A stretch of DNA of 64,000 nucleotides, taken from assembly GCF_021869535.1 (NCBI RefSeq), contig NW_026262690.1, positions 7,564,001-7,628,000 on the forward strand, written 5' to 3'. The notes under the pieces are model-generated. The model worked only from the letters and a program-made list of their open reading frames with translations, ran no database searches and had not been told where the DNA came from. Made by a program: the position numbers and the translations under genes. How positions within the stretch are numbered: position 1 is the first letter of the stretch; the number at the start of each line of letters is the position of its first letter. The DNA comes from Mytilus californianus (Eukaryota). Below are positions 13,601-25,920 of this stretch, one piece after another.

Positions 13601-14680
13601 GTGTGTGTTTGGGGGGAAGGAGTGTCAATATACCGTTTCTTATATAACAGAGCGCACTGGTTACTGGAAATGTAGATATACAAAAACATGTACTTCATAT
13701 CTGAGAAACAGGCAATAAATGACCTCCTTTTTAGATTTCTTTCATATAAGTTCACCAGTCCTTCACCTTTTATTTGATACCTAAGTTATAGTATTACCAA
13801 TATATATTCTACATAGTTTGATATTTATACCTATGCGTAGCTACTATTTTGTTTTAAATATATACTACTTTCCGTGATTAATCTTACAAAGTTTACCCGA
13901 ATATTATGTGCCCTATACATACGTTATTTCCTACCAAGTTATCTATTATATATTTCGATGGCCCTTTGTTTGTCCAAATATTTGTATTGTTTTGCAAGCT
14001 TCATTGTGATAGCCGGGCTAAATTATGACAGTAAATGTTTGATTTCATTCCCAGATTTGTTTTATTGATATTAATTCGTGGCCTTGTTCTTCAATTCTCA
14101 GTTTTGGCTTGATCGTCAGTTTGCAAAGAATTACAAACCGGTGCTAGAGTTCTTAAACTTGCAGTGAGGTGAGATTTTTTGCCCCGTGTTCAAGGCCTCA
14201 CTGTGACTTTGAGATGAAGAACAGCAATAAAAGCGTTTTTCCATTTCTTTTTGTGTTTTTTGCTGTTCATGTACTGTTTTTAGTCATGGATGGACACCGA
14301 TATCCTTTCTTTTCTATTATATATAACAGAACAAGGTAACCATACATATATTGACTCGCTGGTAAAGTTTGTTAAGGCGGCACTTGTGCTTACTAACTTG
14401 TAAATACGGTAAAGTTCCTCTCGACTTCACTGCTCAGATTGAAATGCATTTACATTTAAAATACATGAAAATTCCAACAACAATGTCAGACCAGTGTCAG
14501 ATACAGATCATTGTGTTGTCTGGTTAAGGATCTGTTGTCTGTGTTTCCTTGTTCCCAATGATTAAGCTGTATTAATTCATCTAGTCTCCATCAACAAACA
14601 CACAATTTGAAAGAAAGGGACGGAAAATAATAAAAAAACAACAGTGTAAGGAAACATAAACAACATATTCATAACCAAAC

Positions 14681-15109
14681 AACTCAATGACAACAAACAC
14701 ACAATTAAAAGAGGGTGGAGGAAAAATACCCGAACCAACAATATTGTATGTAAACACAGACAACAAATCCATAGCCAAACAACTCAATGACAACACACGC
14801 ACAATTAAAAGAGGATGGGGGGAAAATACCCAAACCAACAATATTGTATGGAAACACAGACAACAAATCCATAGCCAAACAACTCAATGACAACAAACAC
14901 GCAATTAAAAGAGGGTGGAGGAAAAATACCCAAACCAATAATATTGTATGGAAACACAGACAACAAATCCATAGCCAAACAACTCAATGACAACAAACAC
15001 GCAATTAAAAGAGGGTGGAGGAAAAATACCCAAACCAACAATATTGTATGGAAACACAGACAACAAATCCATAGCCAAACAACTCAATGACAAGAAACAC
15101 GCAATTAAA
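14681..15109. repeat. 100-bp tandem repeat, ~4.3 copies
   Basis: AACTCAATGACAAC.. recurs at 14681, 14781, 14881, 14981 and 15081. Confidence 0.95.
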
Positions 15110-15815
15110 TGTTGTTCATGCATGATCAGCAGGTAAAACAGTACACCCATAAAAAGACAACCCAATGACAACAAACACACAATCGAAAGTAGGATGGACC
15201 AAAATTAAACTGTTAAGTAATGCATTACATCGCATATAAGTGAATGTGTGGCGCAATAAAAACTACTTGTATCAAAATATTAAGAATTCAAATCTTCTAT
15301 CAACTGATATGATACATGTCTTGTTTTTTTCCCCAATGAACTTGGTATCTAGTAGATACAAAAAATGTAATGTCATAAGTTAGAAAAATAACACTTGGTA
15401 TCAAAATACAAATTATCCTCTACATCATTCCGGCAGGGAAATTGCAGTATTTTTCATTTTGGTGGAATAAGAAACTGTGACAACCTCGTCGTTTTAATTG
15501 CTATCATATTCCATCGCAAACATATTAGAAAAAAAAACGAAAAGAAACAAAAACAAAAACCAAACGCCACAACCCAAAGCTATTTGAAATTTGATAAAAA
15601 AAGACAACGAATTTGATGACGTCTGTATATAGCTAACATAAGTATCAGCTCAACTGCATATTTAATGTGCACATCTATCTCCGTAAGAAAATTAGCATAT
15701 ACACATATAAAATGAGGTAGTTTTAGGCAACGATACAAGATACTAGGTCACATGTAATGATATCAAATCTCATGACCATGATGAATCTCCAAGGCGACAG
15801 ACTTAAACCACAACA

Positions 15816-16185
15816 GTAAGTTTAAGTTAGAGTTAAGAAAGAGTTTTTCTTTTATATTTCCACTTGTTAAAGTTCTTATGATTAGACGGAATACATTTTA
15901 AGAGACTTTAGAGCTAATACACCTGTACTGATATACATATTTGATCATAGTTCGATACAATCTATAAGATTTCCGTCTCTGTCTTGCAAAATGTGTATAA
16001 ATTTGGTAAGTTTAAGTTAGAGTTAAGAAAGAATTTTTCTTTTATATTTCCACTTGTTAAAGTTCTTATGATTAGACGGAATACATCTTAAGAGACTTTA
16101 GAGCGGATACACCTGTATTGAAATACATATTTGATCATAGTTCGATACAATGTCTCTGTTTTGCAAAATGTGTATAAATTTGGTA
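15816..16185. repeat. ~190-bp direct tandem duplication
   Basis: GTAAGTTTAAGTTAGAGTTAAGAAAGA.. starts at 15816 and 16006; the two units differ by a few substitutions and one short indel. Confidence 0.9.
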
Positions 16186-17218
16186 CTCGGTGCAATTTTG
16201 GTACTGGCAAGTTATCTATAATTTGTCCGTATTTCGAGTAGCTTTAAACAAAATGTGCATCGGTCAACGCTTTAACACTCCATTTAAATTACAGAAAAAA
16301 GCATTCAATTCTCAAATATTACTTTTTTATTTCGGGGAATTTTGGCAATTCTGGCATTTTTTTAATTTCTTTTTAATTTTGGCAATTTTTTTGGTAGTTT
16401 TTTTAGCCAAATTTTAACCCGGGTGTTAGTATATAATCTAGGGTGGGTGTTAATCACACCCCGTTGATTAACCGATCAGATTACAACATTCTTGCTTCTC
16501 ATGAAATAAATACTTATATACCTGAATATAATACACAGGTATAAAGGCATAATTTTACAAAAGTTGTTCAAAGGAGCTCATTCGATCAAATCAAGTAAAT
16601 CGACTGTATATTAGTTTCTGAAAATGTACCAAGTTTATAATAGATGGAATAAACTATGTAAAAATACTCTTTTATGTGCTAAAATCTGATTAAAAATAAC
16701 CAAATAAACGTTACACAGTACATAATCCGTTGGGTTTCTCGTTTATTGTTTTACGTTATTTCATGTTTAGGCCTTTTATAGCTTGTATGGGTTTGGCCAT
16801 TGTTAAAGGCCGCATAGTGACCGATAGTTGCTAATATCTACGTCATTTTGTCTCTGGTGGATAATTGGCATAATTGTTTCATTGTCGATCAGACAGCACC
16901 TCCTTAATCTTTTTAATACGTTTTTATTTTTACACATTTCACCCCTATAAACATGACAATAGAAAAGCAAAGACAATCAATAGTCCAAATACAGCTAAAA
17001 AGAGAAAAAAAATCAATTGTAAAAAATCAAAAAACCAATAAAAACCAAAACATAAAAAAACAATTGATGACTGATGACTCTCTAGTTTTTCAGTTAACAC
17101 CAAAAATGTATTCATAAATAAAAATAGTTCAATAGTTTGCGAATTCATTTTTTAATCCAAGGAGTATGCAACAGTGCTGTTAGACAAATTGAAGACTTTC
17201 TGTCATCAATCTTTTGTA

Positions 17219-18385
17219 ATGAAAGGTAGCGAAGATGTTATTGAAAATATGCCACTTTTACAAGACCAGAGCTGTAAACAAAAGTACAATGATCAGTTGG
17301 AGAAAACTAGATATCCAAGATGGCTGACGTTGTGCCTTGGAATATGTGTTGTTTTCCTGCATTATTTTTCCTATCTTCTGAGTTTATATGTGATGAATCA
17401 GTATTCATATAAGGCATATTATGAAAACAAACATCCAAACTCTTCACTCAAATCATCAGGAAATACATCCGCGTGTGAACAAAACACCAATACCACAGAA
17501 TATAAGCAACAGATTGTTATACAGAAACTAACTTCCGAATGGGGTATTTATTGTACACTTGCCAGTAACATTCCTGGTATTATCTTTACAATCAATATTG
17601 GATCATTAAGTGATACTTACGGAAGAAAACTATTTTTTGTGGCACCTCTTATTGGGACCATTCTTAAAAATGGTCTTTGTTGTGTAGGGATTTACTACAG
17701 TTTGAATATAGAGTTTTTTTTATTATATTTTACGGTATAGAAGGGTGTACTGGAAACTGGATATCCAGCATGTTAATGGTATATTGTTATATTGCCGACC
17801 TAACAGAGCCTGGCAAACCCAGGTCGCTTCTTTATGGTATTCTAGAAGGAACTATTGGCATAGCAGCATTTCTTTCATCGACATTTTCAGGCTATCTTAT
17901 TAAATGGACAGATGGATTCTTTTACCCGGAAGTAACATCAGTTGGTTTTGTTTCACTTGGGCTTGTCATCGTTGTTCTTGTACTTCCTGAGTCACTTCCG
18001 GAGCCAAAAAGGAGAGATAAGGTTTCCTGTTTGGAGAATATGGGAAGAGTAACAGATTGTTACAGACCAAATTTCTCCCCTCACGGAAAACAGTGGATGT
18101 TCATAAATCTATTATTCATTTTTATTTTGGCGTCGTTTGCGAATTTAGGGCGAATTCAAGTAGAAACGCTGTTTCAACTGAATTCTCCTTTCTGTTGGGA
18201 TTCAGTCAGAATCGGTTGGTATGGCGCTTTAAAGATAGGAACGTTATCTATCGGGGGATTGATAATGATCAAGACTTTCCATTTTTGTGTGACCGATGAA
18301 TATATTGCACTAGCTGGTTTTGCCACTTCAGTGATATCTGCCATTGTGTTCGGACTTTCAACTACAGATACCATGATTTACATAG
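17219..18385 (+). CDS. SLC46A-like: SLC46-family MFS transporter copy B, coding exon 1 (one -1 frameshift in the T8 run at 17714-17721)
   Basis: ORFs 17174..17740 and 17677..18399 join into MKGSEDVIENMPLL..SDTYGRK..GIEGCTG..YIADLTEPGKPRS..ILEGTIG..NSPFCW..MIYIG with donor G|GTATGT. N-terminal ExxxLL motif. Multiple hydrophobic TM segments. Confidence 0.85.
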
Positions 18386-18988
18386 GTATGTTTCTATAAA
18401 CTACATGAGGATCTAAATCGGGGATCCCTATTTCTGTATTCTTTAAATGTTTAGAGCATTTTTCTTTATCATTAAAAAGAAATTTTCATGAAAATGATTT
18501 TACTACTAAAATTTTTTGTAATATGATGATTTCTTTATTTTGTACATAGTTAATTTCTGTAATCAATATTGTATTGCCTAATTCTTTTATTTTCCACAGT
18601 TATTCCTAATACTTTTGAACCGCATTATTCTCTATTCTTGATATTTTTGCTCATGTTTCTCTATTCATTATATTTTTACCATTATTTTCTATCTATCCAA
18701 ACCCTCCTACATATACCATGCTTTACTTAGGTATGCTTCTATACACGTTTTACAGGACCGAAAACATTTTTTTTAAATGTTTAAATAATCTTGTTTATCT
18801 AAAGATAAACATTTATACATATAAAGTAAAGAGTTTGTTTTAGCTTTAAAAGGATATTGACAAAGTCCTTTTAATTTCTCGTATTTTGTCTATTGCCTTT
18901 CAAATCTTGAATTATTATTTTTATTATCATCATTTCATGGAACAAATATATATATAAAGCATGAGAAAACATGTTTGTTTATTTTCAG

Positions 18989-19072
18989 CTGCAGTGCTTA
19001 ACTTTGGGAATACAGTGACTTTGCCCATTGTTAGATCAATAATGTCACGTATGACTCCAGCTCATAAGATAG
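18989..19072 (+). CDS. SLC46A-like: SLC46-like copy B exon 2 (84 bp)
   Basis: TTTTCAG| acceptor and |GTGAG donor, phase 1/1. AAVLNFGNTVTLPIVRSIMSRMTPAHKIG. Same length as exon 2 of copy C. Confidence 0.9.
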
Positions 19073-19435
19073 GTGAGAAAATATAGTTAAGCATACCATT
19101 TTAGATCAATAATTTCGCGTATGACTCCAGCTCATGAAATAGGTGAGTAAATATAGTTAACCATAACAATTATTAGACCAATAATGTCACGTTTGACTCC
19201 AACTCATAAAATAGGTGAGTAAATATAGTTAACCATACCAATTGTTAGATTAATAATGTCACGTATGACTCCAACTCATAAAATACGTGAGCATATATAG
19301 TTAACAATATCAATGATTAGCAGCTCATGAAATAGGTGAGTAAATACAGTTAACCATACCAATTATTAGATAATAATGTCGCGTATGACTCCAGCTCATA
19401 AAACAGGTGAGTATATATAGTTAACCATACCAATG
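19025..19435 (+). repeat. ~71-bp tandem repeat (6 units) made of the 3' half of exon 2 plus its splice donor
   Basis: Unit CCATTGTTAGATCAATAATGTCACGTATGACTCCAGCTCATAAGATAG|GTGAG..ATATAGTTAA.CATA; the first unit overlaps the real exon. Confidence 0.9.
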
Positions 19436-20093
19436 CAAAAACTTGATCTGTTTCTTGTTTTCTACGAATAATTGAATGAAAAGAAAAAGTGGACAGTAGT
19501 GTAAAAAAAGAAGAAATAGACTTAATGTTAACTTCTAAACAAAATCGAAGAGACTTGGTCTTATTGTACTTTCCTTTTTAAACTTTAAAATTACTGACAT
19601 ATATCTGCACTTTCGAAAACTAAAGTGACAATGACACTTGCAATGGAACACAGGAAAACTCATATATGTATTATTATAACACAAGCTTTCTTTAAATATT
19701 TGTTGTGAAATATGTGATATAGCTGTATTCTTGCTGATTTTTCGAAACTTGATAAAATGCATTTTGAGGCCAAAATATTTGTAGCAAGCTTAAATATAAC
19801 TTCTTGGTTATAAATGAACCATGAATCTTGATGAGAAAAGATTTATGCGGCGTGAACAACAAAATATATCACTGTTTTGCAACAATGTTGACAGTGTTGA
19901 TCCTGAGTGTTCTCGAGACATTTTGCCACAGAAGGTCTGCAACGACAATGCTTACAACTTTACCGCTCCACACTGCAGATTTAATCCGTACTAGAACTAT
20001 TTTATCACACCTTCAGTCCAACATTACAATTATCTTTCCTCTGCTAAATAAATATATCCCACTTACAGTGTTTTCATTTTAAACAGGTACTTA

Positions 20094-20505
20094 AAGAGAG
20101 GCGAAAGATACCAATTCAAACTCAACGCCATGGCAAAAAAAGAAAACAGACCAAAAGACAAACAACAATAATTATATACAAAACACAACAAAGAAAACTA
20201 AAGACTGAGCAACATGAACCCCGCCAAAAACCAGGGGTGATCTCAGGTGCTCAGGAAGGATAAACAGATCCTGCTCTACACGTGGCATCCCGAGTATTGA
20301 TTATGTAAGTACAAACTCGGGGATAAGTCTAATCCGGTAGGTCACATTCGGAGAAAAGGAGGAGGGGATTGTGGTTATGAAGATTGGAACATATCCGTCG
20401 TCATCTGTGAAACAGATATTCCATAACGGTCAACCAACTTGTGACGGCGTTTGTAAAAATTTCGAAGGGATGATTTCAACTTCACCACTTGGAACTCTTG
20501 GTTTA
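20094..20505 (-). mobile_element. Naiad 3'-end fragment in intron 2 of copy B
   Basis: Colinear with 4575-5003 (AAGAG..GATACC..GGGGTGATCTCAGGTGCTC..TTCAACTTCACCA.TTGGAACTCTTGG). Confidence 0.8.
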
Positions 20506-20584
20506 CCAAGAATTTATTTTACTTTTAAATGATATTTCTATTGTATATTTGTATATTATCTAATGTATTTGTGGTCTATTTTAG

Positions 20585-20741
20585 GTTCAGTTTTAGCTGG
20601 AATTGCCGCCATTGAGTTTATATGTAACATGGTAAGCTCTCTTTTGGCTAATGCTGTGTATGATGCCACTGTGGAAATATATAGAGGATTCACATTCTTT
20701 GTGATGGCTGGTTATGCTGTTGTTGGTATTGTTTTGTGTTG
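20585..20741 (+). CDS. SLC46A-like: SLC46-like copy B exon 3 (157 bp)
   Basis: TTTTAG| acceptor and |GTACGT donor. GSVLAGIAAIEFICNMVSSLLANAVYDATVEIYRGFTFFVMAGY. Same length as the exon at 53182-53338. Confidence 0.9.
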
Positions 20742-20744
20742 GTA

Positions 20745-21260
20745 CGTATTGATCTATAATGGCTAGGGATACTTTGTTTTTGGTAATTTTTTTTATGTTG
20801 GTTCGTATTGATTTGGTGTGCAGTTGTTGGTATTATTTTATGTTGGCTAGATATGCTGTTATTGGTATAATTTATGTTGGCTTGATATGCTGTTATTGGT
20901 ATTGTTTTATGTTGACTGGATATGCTGTTATTGGTATAATTTATGTTGGCTGGATATGCTGTTGTTGGTATTGTTTTATGTTGGCTGGATATATTGTTAT
21001 TGGTATAATTTATGTTGGCTGAATATGCTGTTGTTGGTATTATTTTATGTTGGCTGGATATGCTGTTATTGGTATAATTTATGTTGGCTGGATATGCTGT
21101 TGTTGGTATTGTTTTATGTTGACTGGATATGCTGTTGTTGGTATTGTTCTATGTTGACTGGATATGCTGTTATTGGTATTGTTTAATGTTGCCTGGATAT
21201 GCTGTTATTGGTATTGTTTTGTGTTGGTTAGTATTGATTTGGAGTTATTGGATATGCTGT
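20745..21260 (+). repeat. ~36-40-bp tandem repeat derived from the 3' end of exon 3
   Basis: Units TATGTTGGCTGGATATGCTGTT(G/A)TTGGTA(TTGTTT/TAATT) match the exon end ATGGCTGGTTATGCTGTTGTTGGTATTGTTTTGTGTTG. Confidence 0.9.
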
Positions 21261-22341
21261 TCTTAGAACAATGTATTTGTGGAATTGTTTTTCAACGGTA
21301 GATATTGTTCTGTCATGCGTTTCTATGCTGTTCGTGGAATTTTTTTTAAGTCAAATATTGTATTGTTATGGATGGGTATGCTGTTTTAAGATTTGGGTTG
21401 TGCATGTAGTATAGGTTTTAAAGGTAGGTGTTGCATCGTCATGGTTCAGCATGCATTTTTGTATAGTCAGTTATGACATGGTTGTAAATGTTAATGTAAA
21501 ATATTAGTGAGTAAGAGGTAAAAGTAGTTTTTGATGTGTAAAATTCGTTAATCAATTCTAACTAAGCAAACGAGAGAAATTCCTGAGGTATTCGAACGAT
21601 AACCAACAAAGCGAGTTTTGAGGTCGACAAGGAAAAGTCCACAACTTATGCAAATGGACCTGCGTAAGGCACAATTAAGATATGTAAACGTAAAATGATG
21701 GATCAGAAAGAATGTCACTACTGAGAAGTAAGAAGTTGATAATGTGAAAACTGAAATCGCCAAATCTGCCATATTAATATGTAGACCCTGGTTGAAAGTC
21801 GCCAATCCGCGTCAATTTTAAGAGAGAAAAAAATACACATGAAGCCGTCCGTCTAGTTTCGGTAGTTTTCGTAATGTCAAGCTCACTTGCATATATGAGA
21901 TTCAAGCATTCGCACCATATCTAAACGTGCAATTCAGGAACTTGGCAAGATGCTTTTTCATTTTGCCTTCATATGAGTAAAGACATGTAGGGTGCACAGT
22001 TTGAACCAAATTGAATACTAACTGTTTGTTGAAATAAAAAAGAATATCACCAATCTCACTAAAAATAATAACATATAGGTTCAATCCAACAACTCATATT
22101 TTCTCTTTTTTTCTCGATATGCTAAATGTTGAAATGTAATGTGATTTTTAAATTACGATAGGTATTATAAAACACTTCATTGTACCTATAAAGTAGCATA
22201 GAACACAAATAATGATAATGGGTGCGTTGTCATATCATTAGATAAAACAAAACAAAAACAAAAACGGAAACCCCACAATCCCCAACCCACGAAAATCCAA
22301 TAAAGCAATTGTGCTGACTAATTTTTATATTTCTATTACAG

Positions 22342-22411
22342 TGTTCTTATAGTAGGACAGAAGAGGCACGCAGAAAAATCTAATTTGATTTCAACGACAT
22401 CTATAAAATAA
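22342..22411 (+). CDS. SLC46A-like: SLC46-like copy B probable last exon
   Basis: TTTCTATTACAG| acceptor in the required phase 2. CVLIVGQKRHAEKSNLISTTSIK*. With one base restored in exon 1 the spliced protein would be ~492 aa. Confidence 0.65.
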
Positions 22412-22488
22412 ACTCCAAGACAATATTCATATAGTTGTTTTAAGCAATTAAAGTTGATACTGTTGTGAGGATAAATAACAAGAATTTT

Positions 22489-22494
22489 AATAAA
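22489..22494 (+). terminator. Candidate polyadenylation signal of copy B
   Basis: AATAAA 78 nt after the predicted stop; weak evidence in AT-rich DNA. Confidence 0.35.
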
Positions 22495-23077
22495 GATTAG
22501 TTTTAACCTGATTTTTTTGGCGGCTGTTGTTGATGGTCAAAATATTCAACACCGTACAATTTTTCTATGATTTTAATCGATTTCTACGGTTGTTTTGCGT
22601 ATACGAAGAGTCGGTGGCTAAACTCACTAGCGGTCTTAGATCTTTTGATACAATTATAGTCGTCTGATCGTGATAGTTACCAATTGTGTCCTAACTCCGA
22701 TTCTAATGCAATTATTTTGTATCAATGGTTCTGATTGGATGACAGTAAGCGTACAATTCTCTATCTCCTTGTCCGTAACTAAGGAAGCCGACATTTTGAA
22801 TTGCGGAATGTATTGACATGTAATTTCTACAATAATTAGCAAAACACTCACATGTTGCACCTAGAAATCTTCTTTTTATCAAATTTTATTACATTCTGAA
22901 GCGGTCAAGAAGCCAGAAAACGCCCGGTGTTTACGTTTGACGCCGGAAGCATACCTATGACGTCACCTAGTTTAGGGGCCAAAGAAGATAACATCTTTTC
23001 GCGGAATTTTCTTTAATGAAAATTTTACACTGAAATAATGATTGAAATTGAATTATGTACTTGTTTTGCATTAGAAT

Positions 23078-23245
23078 AGAGATAACTGTATTGCATTTGA
23101 AGCTTTGCGGACGTCCATCGGTAGTTTTATTGTCGCAAATACCCGTTTACCTGTCTTCGCTACGCGTCGCCAGGTAAACTAAATTTGCGACAGTAAAACT
23201 ACCGATGGACGTCCGCAAAGCTTCAAATACAATACAGTTATCTCT
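23078..23245. repeat. Long palindromic element
   Basis: AGAGATAACTGTATTGCATTTGAAGCTTTGCGGACGTCCATCGGTAGTTTTA.TGTCGCAAAT is mirrored after the GC-rich loop TCTTCGCTACGCGTCGC. Confidence 0.9.
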
Positions 23246-23700
23246 TATTGTGACATTTTGACTGAGTGTAATGGCGGGGATGCATATATAGCAGGTGACG
23301 CTTGGCCTGTCGCCGCATCCGATCTCGCCCCTTTTGGAATCTATTTTTTTGTTGCCTTGGTTTGTGTTTCTTTAATCGATTTACGGGATTCGAACATCGG
23401 TAAACCTATGCCGCCTTAATGTGTACCAGTTGGTTAAAGACTTGTTCAATCATTTCCTGAAACAAACTGTTGAATATGTGGCATTCATGCTGACAACATA
23501 CATTGGTCTAGGAACACTCTATCTAAATAAAAGAGTTCTAGACTTTAGAAGTTTAACAACTCTTTGGTGTTTATATGCTGAAAAAACCATCGAAATATTT
23601 AATTATTGTAAAAACTGGAAAAGCTGTTTCGCTTTTTTATGATTATTTTTTTTCTAATTTTTGTATAGTGTTTTTAATAACATTAACGGTATCAATTTTC

Positions 23701-23742
23701 TGCACCAGATGCATTTCGGCAATAAATGTCTCTTCAGTGATG
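23701..23742 (-). ncRNA. Degenerate minimal hammerhead-ribozyme-like motif
   Basis: Minus strand CTGAAGA-GAC-ATTTATT-GCC-GAAA-TGC-ATCTGGT-GCA. Core boxes are present, but stem II has a mismatch and the cleavage triplet is altered. Confidence 0.45.
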
Positions 23743-25254
23743 CTCGTGGCCAAAATATTTGAAAATCCAAAGCTTATTAAAACGATGAAGAGCTATAAAC
23801 CAAAAATGACAAAAAAGTTTAGCCAAAGCCGGACAAGGAATCAGAGCTTTGCATAAGTTAGATATATTCCTTAATTCAAAATAAATTCCAAAGTTTTGTA
23901 ACAGCAAGACTTGATTAAGACCCTCAAACATGCTAAGAAAACTGCCAAAAATAATACTAACATTGCTTCAATTCTAGCTACATATACTAGTATGAGCAAC
24001 AGTCTACTAGCACATGTAGATATTTTGCGATACGGTGACGTGTAGAAAGAGGATAGCAATAGTAATTATTACCAAAATGATAAAAACAATGGTAACTTTT
24101 AAGTCCAATTGTTCATGTTTATGACGTCACAGTGAAATCATAACTCATATTTCTACACAAAAGTTACTTACAGAATAAGTAACCATCGTTTATTTTTTTC
24201 TATTAACTGTTTACTTCAAATTGGGGGGTTGGGGTAATACTTTTACTTATCTTATTATACCCTGCATGCACACGGGCAACACGAGCCCTACAGAACCCAA
24301 AACTAAAAACGATTAATCAATCGGACCAAAATTTCCAAACTGTAAATAGCCTAAAACAACTAAAAATGAGAAAGTCAGAACAACGATACCAAAATAATCT
24401 ACACAAAAAAAAAAAAGAATGAAAAAGCACCATCACTTTGAATCAAAAGACATGCCCATGAGACAATAAGAACGGACTTTTGAACATTACGAATTTTGTT
24501 ATAAATATATCAGGTTCACTTGAATAAAAGATTTGAGCCTCGTTTGACGACACCAAACTCCAAGGACATAATCGTACAATGTAAGAACATGGAATATATT
24601 TTAAGTCATCATAGATATATTGGCTGGTTGTCAACAACTAGTGCTGCAAGTGTAAAACTTCTTCAAGGCGCCCGATCTCAATCGGTTTAGTAGTTTCCAA
24701 GACAGCGATTTTTTCTCCGGGAATATATTACCTTTTTTAACATGAGCTGTTATTTATGAGAGTAATCACCAAACGAGGTTACATCGAAGGGAAAGAAAAT
24801 CCCTATTTACAATTGAAATCACGAATTAAGAAGATCTAGGTAGGCATCTATCCAGCTTTCCAAACGCTAACCTTAAATACTTGCTCGCCATGTTATATAA
24901 CACTATCAAAACTAGAGGTGGACAGTTATTTAGCTGTTATATCATGCGTAGTAAAAGTCGTATTCACAACATTACACCAACCTCTTTTCCGTTTGAGCAA
25001 GAGCTGTGAACTTTTCATCTCATTCTTAAAAATAAGGAAGGGAGTTGCACACATTCTAATTCAAGATTCAGTTATAATCTGATAATATCATGCTCGAAAA
25101 ATGATTAAAGGGCTGCATTAGACGTAGAATGATAACAATTAAGGCAATTAAGATTTCATTTTTGACCTCATGTGTAATGCTTCTCGAATTTCATTTGCAT
25201 TTTTTAATCTGAAATAGTTAATAGAAAGAACACTTCATGAGCAAAACGGTAGAT

Positions 25255-25440
25255 GACATGTGAAGCAGGATTTACTTAACCTCTCGGAGCACCTGATGTC
25301 ACCCCGGTTATTAGAAGGGTTCGTGTTGCTTAGTCTTTAGTTCTTTTATGACGTGTTTTGTGGACTGTGATTTGTCGGTTTTTATACCAAGATGTTGTCA
25401 GTCTTTATACGACTGACGAGTTTTTATTCTCCCTTTGATA
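25255..25440 (+). mobile_element. Diverged Naiad 3'-tail fragment
   Basis: GCAGGA..CGGAGCACCTGA..TCACCCC..GGGTTCGTGTTGCTTAGTCTTTAG is the reverse complement of ~4700-4780. Confidence 0.6.
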
Positions 25441-25920
25441 TCATTCGTCTCTTTAATGAAGACGTTACTGAGATCACCCACAGTTTTTATGTAGAATAGT
25501 TTATCTTTTATCTTTTAGCCGTTTTCCTTTTTTTTGCCATGGCATTGTCAGTTTATCTCGACTTATTCAAATTTTGAATGTCCCTTTGATATATGCCGCC
25601 TCAACTTTACAAGAGAGGAAAAATAAAAAAACCGTAACAGATGATGGAGATTTATTTGTTGCCTGAAATACAAGATAGAAAGTGTTGCATTTTTGTCTCA
25701 CATATTGCATATTTGATATCAACCTGATTTTATTTGGAAGATTGTTAACTTGCTGTGAAGCATTGGCGTTTTTCTTGAACGAGGACATTTCAAGGGTAAA
25801 GTTATTGACTACCACATTAATTTCTAACTTTTATCTATGTATTTCATTTAAATAATGATTTCATGAATATGTTTTTGAAATGGAACAAACAGTTATTTCG
25901 CACTGAAACGACGCGTTCAC

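Noticed and set aside
14581-15180. Repeated 67-91-aa ORFs on both strands
   Set aside because: By-products of the 100-bp tandem repeat.
20759-21186. Hydrophobic Cys/Trp-rich ORFs as small membrane proteins
   Set aside because: Translations of the exon-3-derived intronic tandem repeat.
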